Shown: positions 17,310-24,411 of the stretch, in pieces
Layout: each line of letters opens with the position of its first letter
Position numbering within the stretch: the first letter of the stretch is position 1
Assembly: GCA_009777135.1 (NCBI GenBank)
Contig: WRMM01000001.1
Coordinates: 1-26,538 of the forward strand
Length of the DNA stretch: 26,538 nucleotides
Reading direction: 5' to 3'
Source: Candidatus Fibrimonadales bacterium
GTDB taxonomy: Bacteria > Fibrobacterota > Fibrobacteria > Fibrobacterales > Fibrobacteraceae
Notes under the pieces: model-generated
Seen by the model: only the letters and a program-made list of their open reading frames with translations
What the model was told of the DNA's origin: nothing
Database searches by the model: none
Translations under genes and position numbers: made by a program

Positions 17310-17350
17310 ACTCAATGTTTGGGTATGGGGTATGGGGAATTTTACAAAAA
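17310..17350. repeat. GGGGTAT heptamer element with flanks shared with the 10955-11067 element
   Basis: actcaatgtttgggtatggggtatggggaattttacaaaaa; both flanks have near-identical counterparts at the other locus. Confidence 0.8.
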
Positions 17351-17391
17351 GTGGCAGGGACTTTTTGCAAAAAGAGCGTTTAAATAAGCAC

Positions 17392-17429
17392 TTCCCCTCT
17401 ATCAGAGGGGTGCTCGCAGAGCGGGGTGT
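17392..17429. repeat. REP-like double hairpin CCCCTCT-ATC-AGAGGGG / GCTC-GCA-GAGC / GGGGTGT
   Basis: Two perfect short stems visible in the intergenic sequence. Confidence 0.6.
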
Positions 17430-17519
17430 CCCAACAACGTAGCTCCGCAACTCCCCAGCAAAGTTACTTTGCAAAATGTGCAAGAACGCTTTTCCCGTTA
17501 CCCACAAATATTCTTGTTA

Positions 17520-17723
17520 TTACAACTGCCCAAGCTGTCGTTTGGCATCTTCTAAAGACACACCGCTTTCCCAAAGAGTAAATAATTCAGCACGCTCTTT
17601 TTCACGGCCTTCTTTCAAGGCTTTCTCTCGCTCTTCCTCACGGGCAACTGCAAGGGCCTCCTCACGGGCTTCCTCGCGTGCAACCTCAAGGGCATCCTTC
17701 AAATTCCATTCTGTAAGAAGCAT
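17520..17723 (-). CDS. Predicted internally translated small C-terminal Rpn product (RpnS-like, 67 aa)
   Basis: GGAGGT (17736-17731) lies 7 nt before the in-frame ATG of MLLTEWN. Confidence 0.55.
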   Translation of the reverse strand: MLLTEWNLKDALEVAREEAREEALAVAREEEREKALKEGREKERAELFTLWESGVSLEDAKRQLGQL

Positions 17724-18110
17724 GTTTTCAACCTCCGAACTGCGTTCTCGCAAGAAATATAGCAAAATATCACGGCTTATGCAAGACTTGACAGCGGATT
17801 TAACCGCAGCATCCAAGCTCATGGCTTTCTTGTTGTCCTCAATCTCCGCAATAAGCTCGGCGTAGCCGCTCAAATTGGGACTTTTGCTGGCTATCTCCGC
17901 ATTTCTGCCTTTGTTGATGTTGTAAACTTTTACTACAAGCTCCAAGAAGTGGGTCTCGCTACGCAAGATAAAGGAATCCGAAAGCCGCATCTCTTTGAAA
18001 TCGGGGTAGTCTGCTTTGCCGTTGTATAAAACTATGAACTCTGGCTCGGGGATTTTAACCATCTTTTGCTTGTACAGGTCTTTGCTATTCGTTAGCATTT
18101 CGTATTCCCC

Positions 18111-18228
18111 ATTGTCTGAACCAGAATTCACAGAATTAAAAAATTAACAGAATATTTATGATATATATGCAACTTATTTGACACATTCTGGAAATCCTGT
18201 AAATTCTGCGAATTCTGGTTCAGACAAT
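18111..18228. mobile_element. 118-bp MITE/REP-like element with 27-bp terminal inverted repeats
   Basis: attgtctgaaccagaattcacagaatt (18111-18137) and aattctgcgaattctggttcagacaat (18202-18228) are inverted, 26/27 match, with degenerate 9-nt periodic extensions inward. Confidence 0.8.
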
Positions 18229-18249
18229 TTTTCCATGCCTTATATAATG

Positions 18250-18265
18250 ACAAAAATCGTGCCAA
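18250..18265 (-). promoter_or_regulatory. Sigma54-like -24/-12 promoter, degenerate at -12 (TTGGCAC-GATTT-TTGT)
   Basis: Matches TGGCAC-N5-TTGC except the last base; same position as in the second rpn copy. Confidence 0.5.
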
Positions 18266-18305
18266 GCAAAAAATGCTGAAATTTGCTCAAATTCGCTGTT
18301 TTAAA

Positions 18306-18350
18306 GTGTCCAAAAAGTGTTTAGACACTGTTTAGACACTTTTTGGACAC
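18306..18350. promoter_or_regulatory. 45-bp palindrome with 22-bp arms (2 mismatches), candidate activator-binding site
   Basis: gtgtccaaaaagtgtttagaca-c-tgtttagacactttttggacac. Confidence 0.6.
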
Positions 18351-18393
18351 ATAAATCAAAACTCCTCTAACTATACAATTTGATGACGCACCA

Positions 18394-18452
18394 TTGACAA
18401 AATGCGAAAATGAATTTAAATTTGGTATGTGTTTTATAAAACGGCACAGGAG
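18394..18452 (+). promoter_or_regulatory. Sigma70 promoter TTGACA-17-TAAATT and SD AGGAG for the large secreted protein
   Basis: TTGACA 18394-18399, TAAATT 18417-18422, AGGAG 18448-18452, ATG 18458. Confidence 0.7.
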
Positions 18453-18457
18453 TTAAA

Positions 18458-21400
18458 ATGAAAACGAGAAACAAAGTTCTCAAAACAACAGCGGCAATTA
18501 TGATTGCCGTTTCGGCGGCGTTTGCGCAAAGCGTAGCAGATTTGGCAAACGCCATCAACAACTACGGCGACGATGGGGGGCTGACGGCGGCGATAAGCGG
18601 CAATACCATAACGGTAACCGGAAGCGAAACTAGTATCGCTTCGCTTGAATTGAATATCCCCGAAAACGTTAAGGTGCTGTGGAAAGCAGAAATTGCAGGA
18701 AATACAAATCGTTATAATAATGGATACATTATGGATTCCCCAAGTTTGATTGAATTGTCTGGCAGCGGGGTATTTGAAATGGAAAATGGAACTATAAATC
18801 AAACCGGAAGCGGAAACGCAATTTCCAACGCTTCCCTATCCTCGGTAACTATAAATGTTTTTGGCGGCACGGTAACAAATGCAAGTACGGGTTACTACTC
18901 TTCTGCTATTCGTATCCAATCCGCAGGCGTTGTTAATGTTTCGCAGATTGATGAAAATTTTCCAACGTCAATAAAGGCGATTTATTTGGCAGATGAAGCG
19001 GAGCTGAATATTACAGGCGGCAAGGTGGAAAATACTAGCGACTACGTTATTTACAACTATTCCACAGGCACTGTAAATATTTTAGGCGGAACGGTAAACG
19101 CAACGCAGGGAACTGCAATTTACAACGAAAGAGCTGGCACTATAGATATTTCAGGCGGCACTGTAGATGGTGGATATGGAGCAATTAATAATTACAAAAA
19201 TGGCATCGTAAATATTTCTGGCGATGCTGTTGTGAAGGCAACAACGGGATGGGCAATTAATAATAACGAATCAGGCACTATAAATATTTCAGGTGGCGAT
19301 GTGAGCGCAACAACAGGAACGGCTATTAGGAACTACGGAGCTTACGGAGGAAAATGCAAAACGAATATTTATGGCGGCACGGTGAGCACAACAACAGGAA
19401 CTGCTATTGAAAATGGACATGAAGGAGTGGAATTGACTATTACAGGTGGCATGGTGAAATCGGAATCGGGATATGCAATTACTGCTAGTGATGTAGGCAA
19501 CATTATTAGCATCTCGCAAGAAAACTCAAACATTCCCACGCTAATTACATCTGCAGGAAATTCAACTATTCTTTTGGGCGGTTCTCAACTGACTATTACA
19601 GGCGGAACTATACAGAATACAGCTGCAGGCAATGTTATATATTATAACAATTTTTCTACTACCGTTGAGCCAGGCGCTATTGATATAAGCGGTGGTTTAG
19701 TTAGAGCTGGTTCTGGCTTAGCTATATACCGAAATCGCTACTCCTACGTGGGCGAACTTCCAGAACTTACTATCACAGGCACTGTGTTTGCTTATGGCAG
19801 CAGCCTTGCCGATGTTATTGACCATACAAACTTTACCGAGCCTGGGCACGGGGGCGTGGTTATTGCGTATAATGAGGAACTTGGCTTTGAAAAATATATT
19901 GAAGGCATGGACCTCCACCTTTTCTCGCTCCCAGCGAAAACAGCTGCTTGGGGCTTGCAAGGAGACATTAGCGGCATTGCGTATAAAAGCGATGGGTTTA
20001 TTGAAATGTCAAACATAGCTGTTGTTGGCGATAATAGCGAAGAGGCTGCAGAAGTATTCTTAGCTATTTACGCAGAAATTCTTGGCAAAGACATTGCCGA
20101 TATTGAAATAGCAGACAAAGCAACTGTTCAAGAGGCATTGGATTTTTACAATAATATTCTTGGCGAAACACCAAAAAGCCTATTAACAAGCGAAAAAGAA
20201 TTGCTTGGTGAATTTGAAATAAAGATTGCCGAATTGGAGGCTGTAGAAACATTCAAAACTGCTCACGCAGCAATCCTTGGCAAAACCACTGTCAATATTG
20301 CAGCCGCAGACAAAACCGCCGTTGAAGCGGCATTGGATGCTTACGAAGCTCTTAGCGAAGGAGCAAAAAGCATATTGCTTACAAGCGGAGAAAAAGACTT
20401 GCTTGACAGATTGGAAGCAAGAATATCCATATTGGGATGCGAAGAAGAGGGATTGATTGACAGCAAATGCGTATCAGAAAGCACTTTCGCAGAAGGAATT
20501 ATTTGGCAGAATGAAGATTGCCGAGATGAGCTTGGACGTTCCTTGCCTATAAATATAGGCGGAACAGCCAGCCTTTGGCACACGGCTATAATCGGCAATG
20601 CCTCCGTTACCCCAGCCGACCCTGGTTTCCATCACAAATTATGCGATGCGGGCGGAGACATTACATATACAGTCGGAGGCAGTGAAGAAAGCAGGTCCGC
20701 AGAAATAATATTAGACTTGAACAACATTTCAGATAAAATTGGCTTTTGCTTGGATTACTCTTTGATTTATCCATCTTCTGCCGCATGGAATGCAGAACTT
20801 AAAATGATTATTGCCAGCACTGACGGCGATCACGTAGCGACATTGCCTGAGGCTTCTGCAATAACTAGCAAATGTTTTTCATTTGATAACGACTTTGAAA
20901 ACCTTAACCTAGAAAACGTTCAATCTTTGAAATTCATTTTCCGTTCTCTCCAATCGTGGTCAGGATGGTATACATACGCCTACTTCACCATCAAAAAAAT
21001 AGAATGGATGAGCGAAACCAGCGAAGCAGAGGCATTCAAAACTGCTCACGCAACAATCCTCGGCAAAACTGCCGAAACAATTACAATACTAGATGATAAC
21101 GCAGTTAGAGCAACATTGAATGCTTACAATGCACTTAGCAATAGCATAAAAGCTTTGCTAACAAGCGAAAAAGAATTGCTTGACGAATTGCTCGCAAAAA
21201 TAGAATTAATGAGAAGCGAATTATTTGAAGGCGATGGCACAATAGATAGCCCTTATATAATCACTGCGGCAGAGCAGCTTGAAAACCTCGCCTTGCTGGT
21301 AAACAATGGCGTTACGGATTTCAATAATTCAAATGTTTACTACGAATTAGGCAGCGACATAGACCTTGATGCTTACAGCAATTGGACTCCAATTGGAAAC

Positions 21401-23344
21401 TTCTATTATTCTCCAAGCGGGTCTCTTACAAGAGGATTTAACGCCAATTTTGACGGCAGAGGATATAAAATCAGAAATTTGAAAATCACAAGCATGCGTA
21501 CATTAACGGAAAATCAAATTTCTTACGAAGGAAATAGGTCTGGCTTATTTGGTATTCTTAGTGGCAAAGTGGAAAATCTAGGGTTGGAAGATGTGAGAAT
21601 AATTTTGCATAACTCAGCTGTTGGTGGAATTGCCGGCTCTGTTTGGAGCGGAAGCATAACAAACTGCTATGTTACGGGCATTGTTAGCACGGGAACAAAC
21701 CCTCCTCATTATTCCCCATTTTACGAATATCAATACGGCGGTATTGCTGGTTCCTTAGACAACGGCAGCATAGACAAAAGCTATTCCACAGCAGAAGTTT
21801 CCATTAATTACAATGCAGCTAGTAGCTCATACGCAGGAGGCATTGCAGGCGTTTCTGAAGAAGGCAGCATAACAAACAGCATGGCGCTTAACCCCAAAGT
21901 AGTTGGCAGCACCGCTACCACTGAAAATAACGGAACTGCTCGCGTGGCTTATTTAAGAAATGGCACATTGGCGAACAACATAGCATTCGCTGGAATGCAG
22001 AACAAAGAAAACGGCACGGAGTGGGCTGATACAGGTTCCGATAAAATGGATGGCGAAAGCAGAACATTTGAAGAGTTGCAAGTTGTCGGAGGTTTTTTGG
22101 CATTTTTTGCTAGCTCTCCTTGGAAATACGAAACAGGCAAGCTCCCAGGCTTAAACAATCAAGCCGTGGAAATGCCAAAGCATCTTAAAATCTCAAACGC
22201 AGAAATTCCGATTATCAATGCGCAGCCTGCTAGCCAACTGGTGGATGCAGGAGATATATTGATTTTAACCATAGATGCAGCAGTGAGCGATGACGGAACC
22301 CTTTCTTATCAGTGGTATCGCAACTCAGTAGAAAGCAACATTGGCGGAGCAATAATTGCCGATGCAACCAGCGAATCTTACGAAGTGCCAACAAACGCTG
22401 AGGGAATCTATTACTATTATGTTGAGATAACGAACACGAACAATGATGTTGACGGCATTCAGATAGTCACAATTCCAAGCGATGTTGCTATTATAGGAAT
22501 AGGCGAACAAGACTCAACCGAAGATAACAATGCCATAGCAGATGCTCTTGAAATTGTTGTAGAAATAGATTATCTTGATATTCAAGCGGCAGAAGTCAAC
22601 ACGCTAGCAGAGGCAAAAGCTGTGGTTGAAAACATTATTGGCGAATTAGGGCTAAACGTTGTGTGGAAAATTATTGACGATGAATTTCAAGCAGCAATTA
22701 ACGGAACAGAGAACGCCCCCGAAGGAGCATACGGCTTTTATAAATTTAAGATTGAGCTAAGAAAAAATTTTGGCACGCCTCAAGCTACAGATGAATTTGG
22801 ATTTGCGATAATTGCAACAGCATACGATTATCAGCCAAACGCAAACGCATTCAAAACCGCTCACGCAGAAATCCTAGGCAAAACCGTTGCCTCCATTGCA
22901 ATAGCAGACAAAACCGCAGTTCAAAAAGCACTGGAAGCTTACGAAGCTCTTAGCAATGGCACAAAAGCCCTGCTAGCAAATGAAGAGATAGAAGCCTTGC
23001 TTAAAAACCTGCTGGAAAAAATAAACGCATTGGAAGCGGAGGCTTCATCATCCAGCAATGATGGCGGCAGTTCATCCAGCAGCGACGATGGCGATAGCTC
23101 ATCGTCAAGCGATGACGGCAGCAGTAGCAGCAGCAGCGATACCCCAAGCCCCATAATCTCCAACCGCATATTCCTAGACAACGTGCCATCAGGCACAAAG
23201 GTAGAAGTGTACAATCTGCGCGGAGAGCGTATATATACAGGCTATTCTGGAAATTCTGAAAAATCCTGGCCAATTCTGATCCAGGCAAAGGGCATGTACA
23301 TTGTGCGCATCGGCAACCAAACGCAGCGTATGGTGGTGAAGTAA
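18458..23344 (+). CDS. Large modular secreted/surface protein: signal peptide, beta-helix-like repeats, four ~63-aa helical spacers, CBM-like domain, GLUG-type domain, Ig-like domain, Ser-rich linker, T9SS-like C-terminal domain
   Basis: MKT...AAFA signal; GTINISGG-type repeats; FKTAHA.ILGKT repeats; FDGRGYKIRNL/GLFG/GGIAG; TLSYQWYRN; SSSS linker; KVEVYNLRGE...GMYIVRI end. Confidence 0.85.
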   Translation: MKTRNKVLKTTAAIMIAVSAAFAQSVADLANAINNYGDDGGLTAAISGNTITVTGSETSIASLELNIPENVKVLWKAEIAGNTNRYNNGYIMDSPSLIELSGSGVFEMENGTINQTGSGNAISNASLSSVTINVFGGTVTNASTGYYSSAIRIQSAGVVNVSQIDENFPTSIKAIYLADEAELNITGGKVENTSDYVIYNYSTGTVNILGGTVNATQGTAIYNERAGTIDISGGTVDGGYGAINNYKNGIVNISGDAVVKATTGWAINNNESGTINISGGDVSATTGTAIRNYGAYGGKCKTNIYGGTVSTTTGTAIENGHEGVELTITGGMVKSESGYAITASDVGNIISISQENSNIPTLITSAGNSTILLGGSQLTITGGTIQNTAAGNVIYYNNFSTTVEPGAIDISGGLVRAGSGLAIYRNRYSYVGELPELTITGTVFAYGSSLADVIDHTNFTEPGHGGVVIAYNEELGFEKYIEGMDLHLFSLPAKTAAWGLQGDISGIAYKSDGFIEMSNIAVVGDNSEEAAEVFLAIYAEILGKDIADIEIADKATVQEALDFYNNILGETPKSLLTSEKELLGEFEIKIAELEAVETFKTAHAAILGKTTVNIAAADKTAVEAALDAYEALSEGAKSILLTSGEKDLLDRLEARISILGCEEEGLIDSKCVSESTFAEGIIWQNEDCRDELGRSLPINIGGTASLWHTAIIGNASVTPADPGFHHKLCDAGGDITYTVGGSEESRSAEIILDLNNISDKIGFCLDYSLIYPSSAAWNAELKMIIASTDGDHVATLPEASAITSKCFSFDNDFENLNLENVQSLKFIFRSLQSWSGWYTYAYFTIKKIEWMSETSEAEAFKTAHATILGKTAETITILDDNAVRATLNAYNALSNSIKALLTSEKELLDELLAKIELMRSELFEGDGTIDSPYIITAAEQLENLALLVNNGVTDFNNSNVYYELGSDIDLDAYSNWTPIGNFYYSPSGSLTRGFNANFDGRGYKIRNLKITSMRTLTENQISYEGNRSGLFGILSGKVENLGLEDVRIILHNSAVGGIAGSVWSGSITNCYVTGIVSTGTNPPHYSPFYEYQYGGIAGSLDNGSIDKSYSTAEVSINYNAASSSYAGGIAGVSEEGSITNSMALNPKVVGSTATTENNGTARVAYLRNGTLANNIAFAGMQNKENGTEWADTGSDKMDGESRTFEELQVVGGFLAFFASSPWKYETGKLPGLNNQAVEMPKHLKISNAEIPIINAQPASQLVDAGDILILTIDAAVSDDGTLSYQWYRNSVESNIGGAIIADATSESYEVPTNAEGIYYYYVEITNTNNDVDGIQIVTIPSDVAIIGIGEQDSTEDNNAIADALEIVVEIDYLDIQAAEVNTLAEAKAVVENIIGELGLNVVWKIIDDEFQAAINGTENAPEGAYGFYKFKIELRKNFGTPQATDEFGFAIIATAYDYQPNANAFKTAHAEILGKTVASIAIADKTAVQKALEAYEALSNGTKALLANEEIEALLKNLLEKINALEAEASSSSNDGGSSSSSDDGDSSSSSDDGSSSSSSDTPSPIISNRIFLDNVPSGTKVEVYNLRGERIYTGYSGNSEKSWPILIQAKGMYIVRIGNQTQRMVVK

Positions 23345-23354
23345 CTTATCACCT

Positions 23355-23372
23355 GCCCCGTTCAACCGGGGC
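23355..23372. terminator. GC-rich hairpin between convergent genes, possible bidirectional terminator
   Basis: GCCCCG-TTCAAC-CGGGGC; no long U tract on either side. Confidence 0.45.
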
Positions 23373-23382
23373 TTAGGAATTA

Positions 23383-23547
23383 TTATAAACCAAGCTTTTG
23401 CTTCGCTTCGGGCAGAGACATACCGCTCTCCCAAAGGGTAAAAGCTTCTTCAAGGCCTCCCACGCGGCCTATTCCTACACCCTCTTTCAAAGCCTCTTCC
23501 CGCTCAACCCTGAGAGCGTCTTTCATGTTCCATTCAGTCAACAGCAT
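23383..23547 (-). CDS. Predicted internally translated small C-terminal Rpn product (RpnS-like, 54 aa)
   Basis: GAGGT (23559-23555) lies 7 nt before the in-frame ATG of MLLTEWN. Confidence 0.55.
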   Translation of the reverse strand: MLLTEWNMKDALRVEREEALKEGVGIGRVGGLEEAFTLWESGMSLPEAKQKLGL

Positions 23548-24213
23548 ATTCCTTACCTCGTATGAGTGAAGCTCCAAAAACCTTTTTAGAACATCCTGCC
23601 GAATGCAATCGTCAATAGCGCGCTCTATGGCAGAATTTCTATCCAAAGTCTTGGAATATTCCTTTACCAAATATACAAAATACTCGTAGCCGTTAAGCGT
23701 TTCACTGCGACTCGCAAGCTCCTCGTTCCTCCCCTTGTTGATGTTGATGACTTTCACACTCAAATTAAGCGTATTTGGATAATCATCGCAGGGAAAAGGA
23801 TACATATCCGACAACTTTAGTATCTGCTCATCTGGCATATCCTCATCGCCGTTGTACAGAACTATGAACTCGGGCTTGGGGATGGTCATTCTTTTTTTGA
23901 GGTATAGGTCATCGGGATTCGTCAGCTTTTCGTAGGTTTTTGACATGTAAATCAGCATCCTCAGCGGCATGTTGTAATTAATCGTAGATTGGTGCTCTAT
24001 TAGCACCACGAGCTTTCCGTCCACCACAAATGCTATGTCGTTCGCCTGCCCCATGAACAGCACATTTTCCAATGTGGCTATCTGTATTTCGGTGTCTTCG
24101 CCATAGTTTGTGTTCTCTATTGCGTTGTACAATTCCAGCAGTTTTCCCTTTTCGCTGAATAGCTTTGTGAAAACGCTGTCTTTGTACTTTCGGTTTGTTT
24201 TGGCTTTTTCCAT
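23383..24213 (-). CDS. Rpn-family recombination-promoting nuclease/putative transposase (intact)
   Basis: KDSVFTKLF, NDIAF, LIEHQSTINYNMPLRML, PKPEFIVLYNG, KVININKG, charged C-terminal helix. Confidence 0.9.
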   Translation of the reverse strand: MEKAKTNRKYKDSVFTKLFSEKGKLLELYNAIENTNYGEDTEIQIATLENVLFMGQANDIAFVVDGKLVVLIEHQSTINYNMPLRMLIYMSKTYEKLTNPDDLYLKKRMTIPKPEFIVLYNGDEDMPDEQILKLSDMYPFPCDDYPNTLNLSVKVININKGRNEELASRSETLNGYEYFVYLVKEYSKTLDRNSAIERAIDDCIRQDVLKRFLELHSYEVRNMLLTEWNMKDALRVEREEALKEGVGIGRVGGLEEAFTLWESGMSLPEAKQKLGL

Positions 24214-24225
24214 GCCTTATATAAG

Positions 24226-24241
24226 GCAAATATTGTGCCAA
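24226..24241 (-). promoter_or_regulatory. Sigma54 -24/-12 promoter TTGGCAC-AATAT-TTGC; predicted +1 at about 24214, next to the rpn ATG
   Basis: Exact TGGCAC-N5-TTGC match; the -12 C is 13 nt from the A of ATG. Confidence 0.65.
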
Positions 24242-24280
24242 GCAAAAAACGCTGAAATTTGCTCAAATTCGCTGTTTCAA

Positions 24281-24327
24281 AGTGTCCAAAAAGTGTCTAA
24301 ACACTGTTTAGACACTTTTTGGACACT
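24281..24327. promoter_or_regulatory. Perfect 47-bp palindrome (23-bp arms, one central base), candidate activator-binding site
   Basis: agtgtccaaaaagtgtctaaaca-c-tgtttagacactttttggacact. Confidence 0.65.
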
Positions 24328-24348
24328 ATGGCGAAATATCAGGGCAAA

Positions 24349-24370
24349 TGGGCAAGTTGCCACTTGCCCA
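24349..24370. terminator. Hairpin downstream of the minus-strand operon (terminator or REP-like)
   Basis: TGGGCAAGT-TGCC-ACTTGCCCA, 9-bp perfect stem. Confidence 0.45.
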
Positions 24371-24411
24371 ATATCCACAGCAATACTGTTTACCTGTGGT
24401 AATATCACGAT

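Larger units (their letters stand above)
17520..18236 (-). pseudogene. Rpn-family PD-(D/E)XK nuclease/putative transposase with codons ~4-91 replaced by a MITE-like element; C-terminal part intact
   Basis: ATGGAAAAA at 18236 matches the start of the intact paralog. Homology resumes at 18110 (GEYEMLTN vs KTYEKLTN). The NDIAF...IEHQ catalytic region is absent. Confidence 0.85.

Noticed and set aside
17345-17367. CAAAAAGT-N7-ACTTTTTG as a third copy of the rpn palindrome
   Set aside because: Only 8 bp of A/T-rich arm, lacking the GTGTC sub-repeats; likely chance.
18421-18447. Sigma54 promoter for the large secreted protein (TTGGTAT...TTAT; CGGCAC)
   Set aside because: No GC at -12 with correct spacing; a good sigma70 promoter explains the gene.
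23040-23140. Ser/Asp-rich tandem codons as a DNA repeat element
   Set aside because: Codons vary while the amino acids are kept, so it is a protein linker.
24292-24315. Palindrome as integron attC or dif site
   Set aside because: GTCTAAAC/GTTTAGAC resembles attC cores but has an extra base and no extrahelical bases. No integrase is present and it does not match the XerC/D arm layout.
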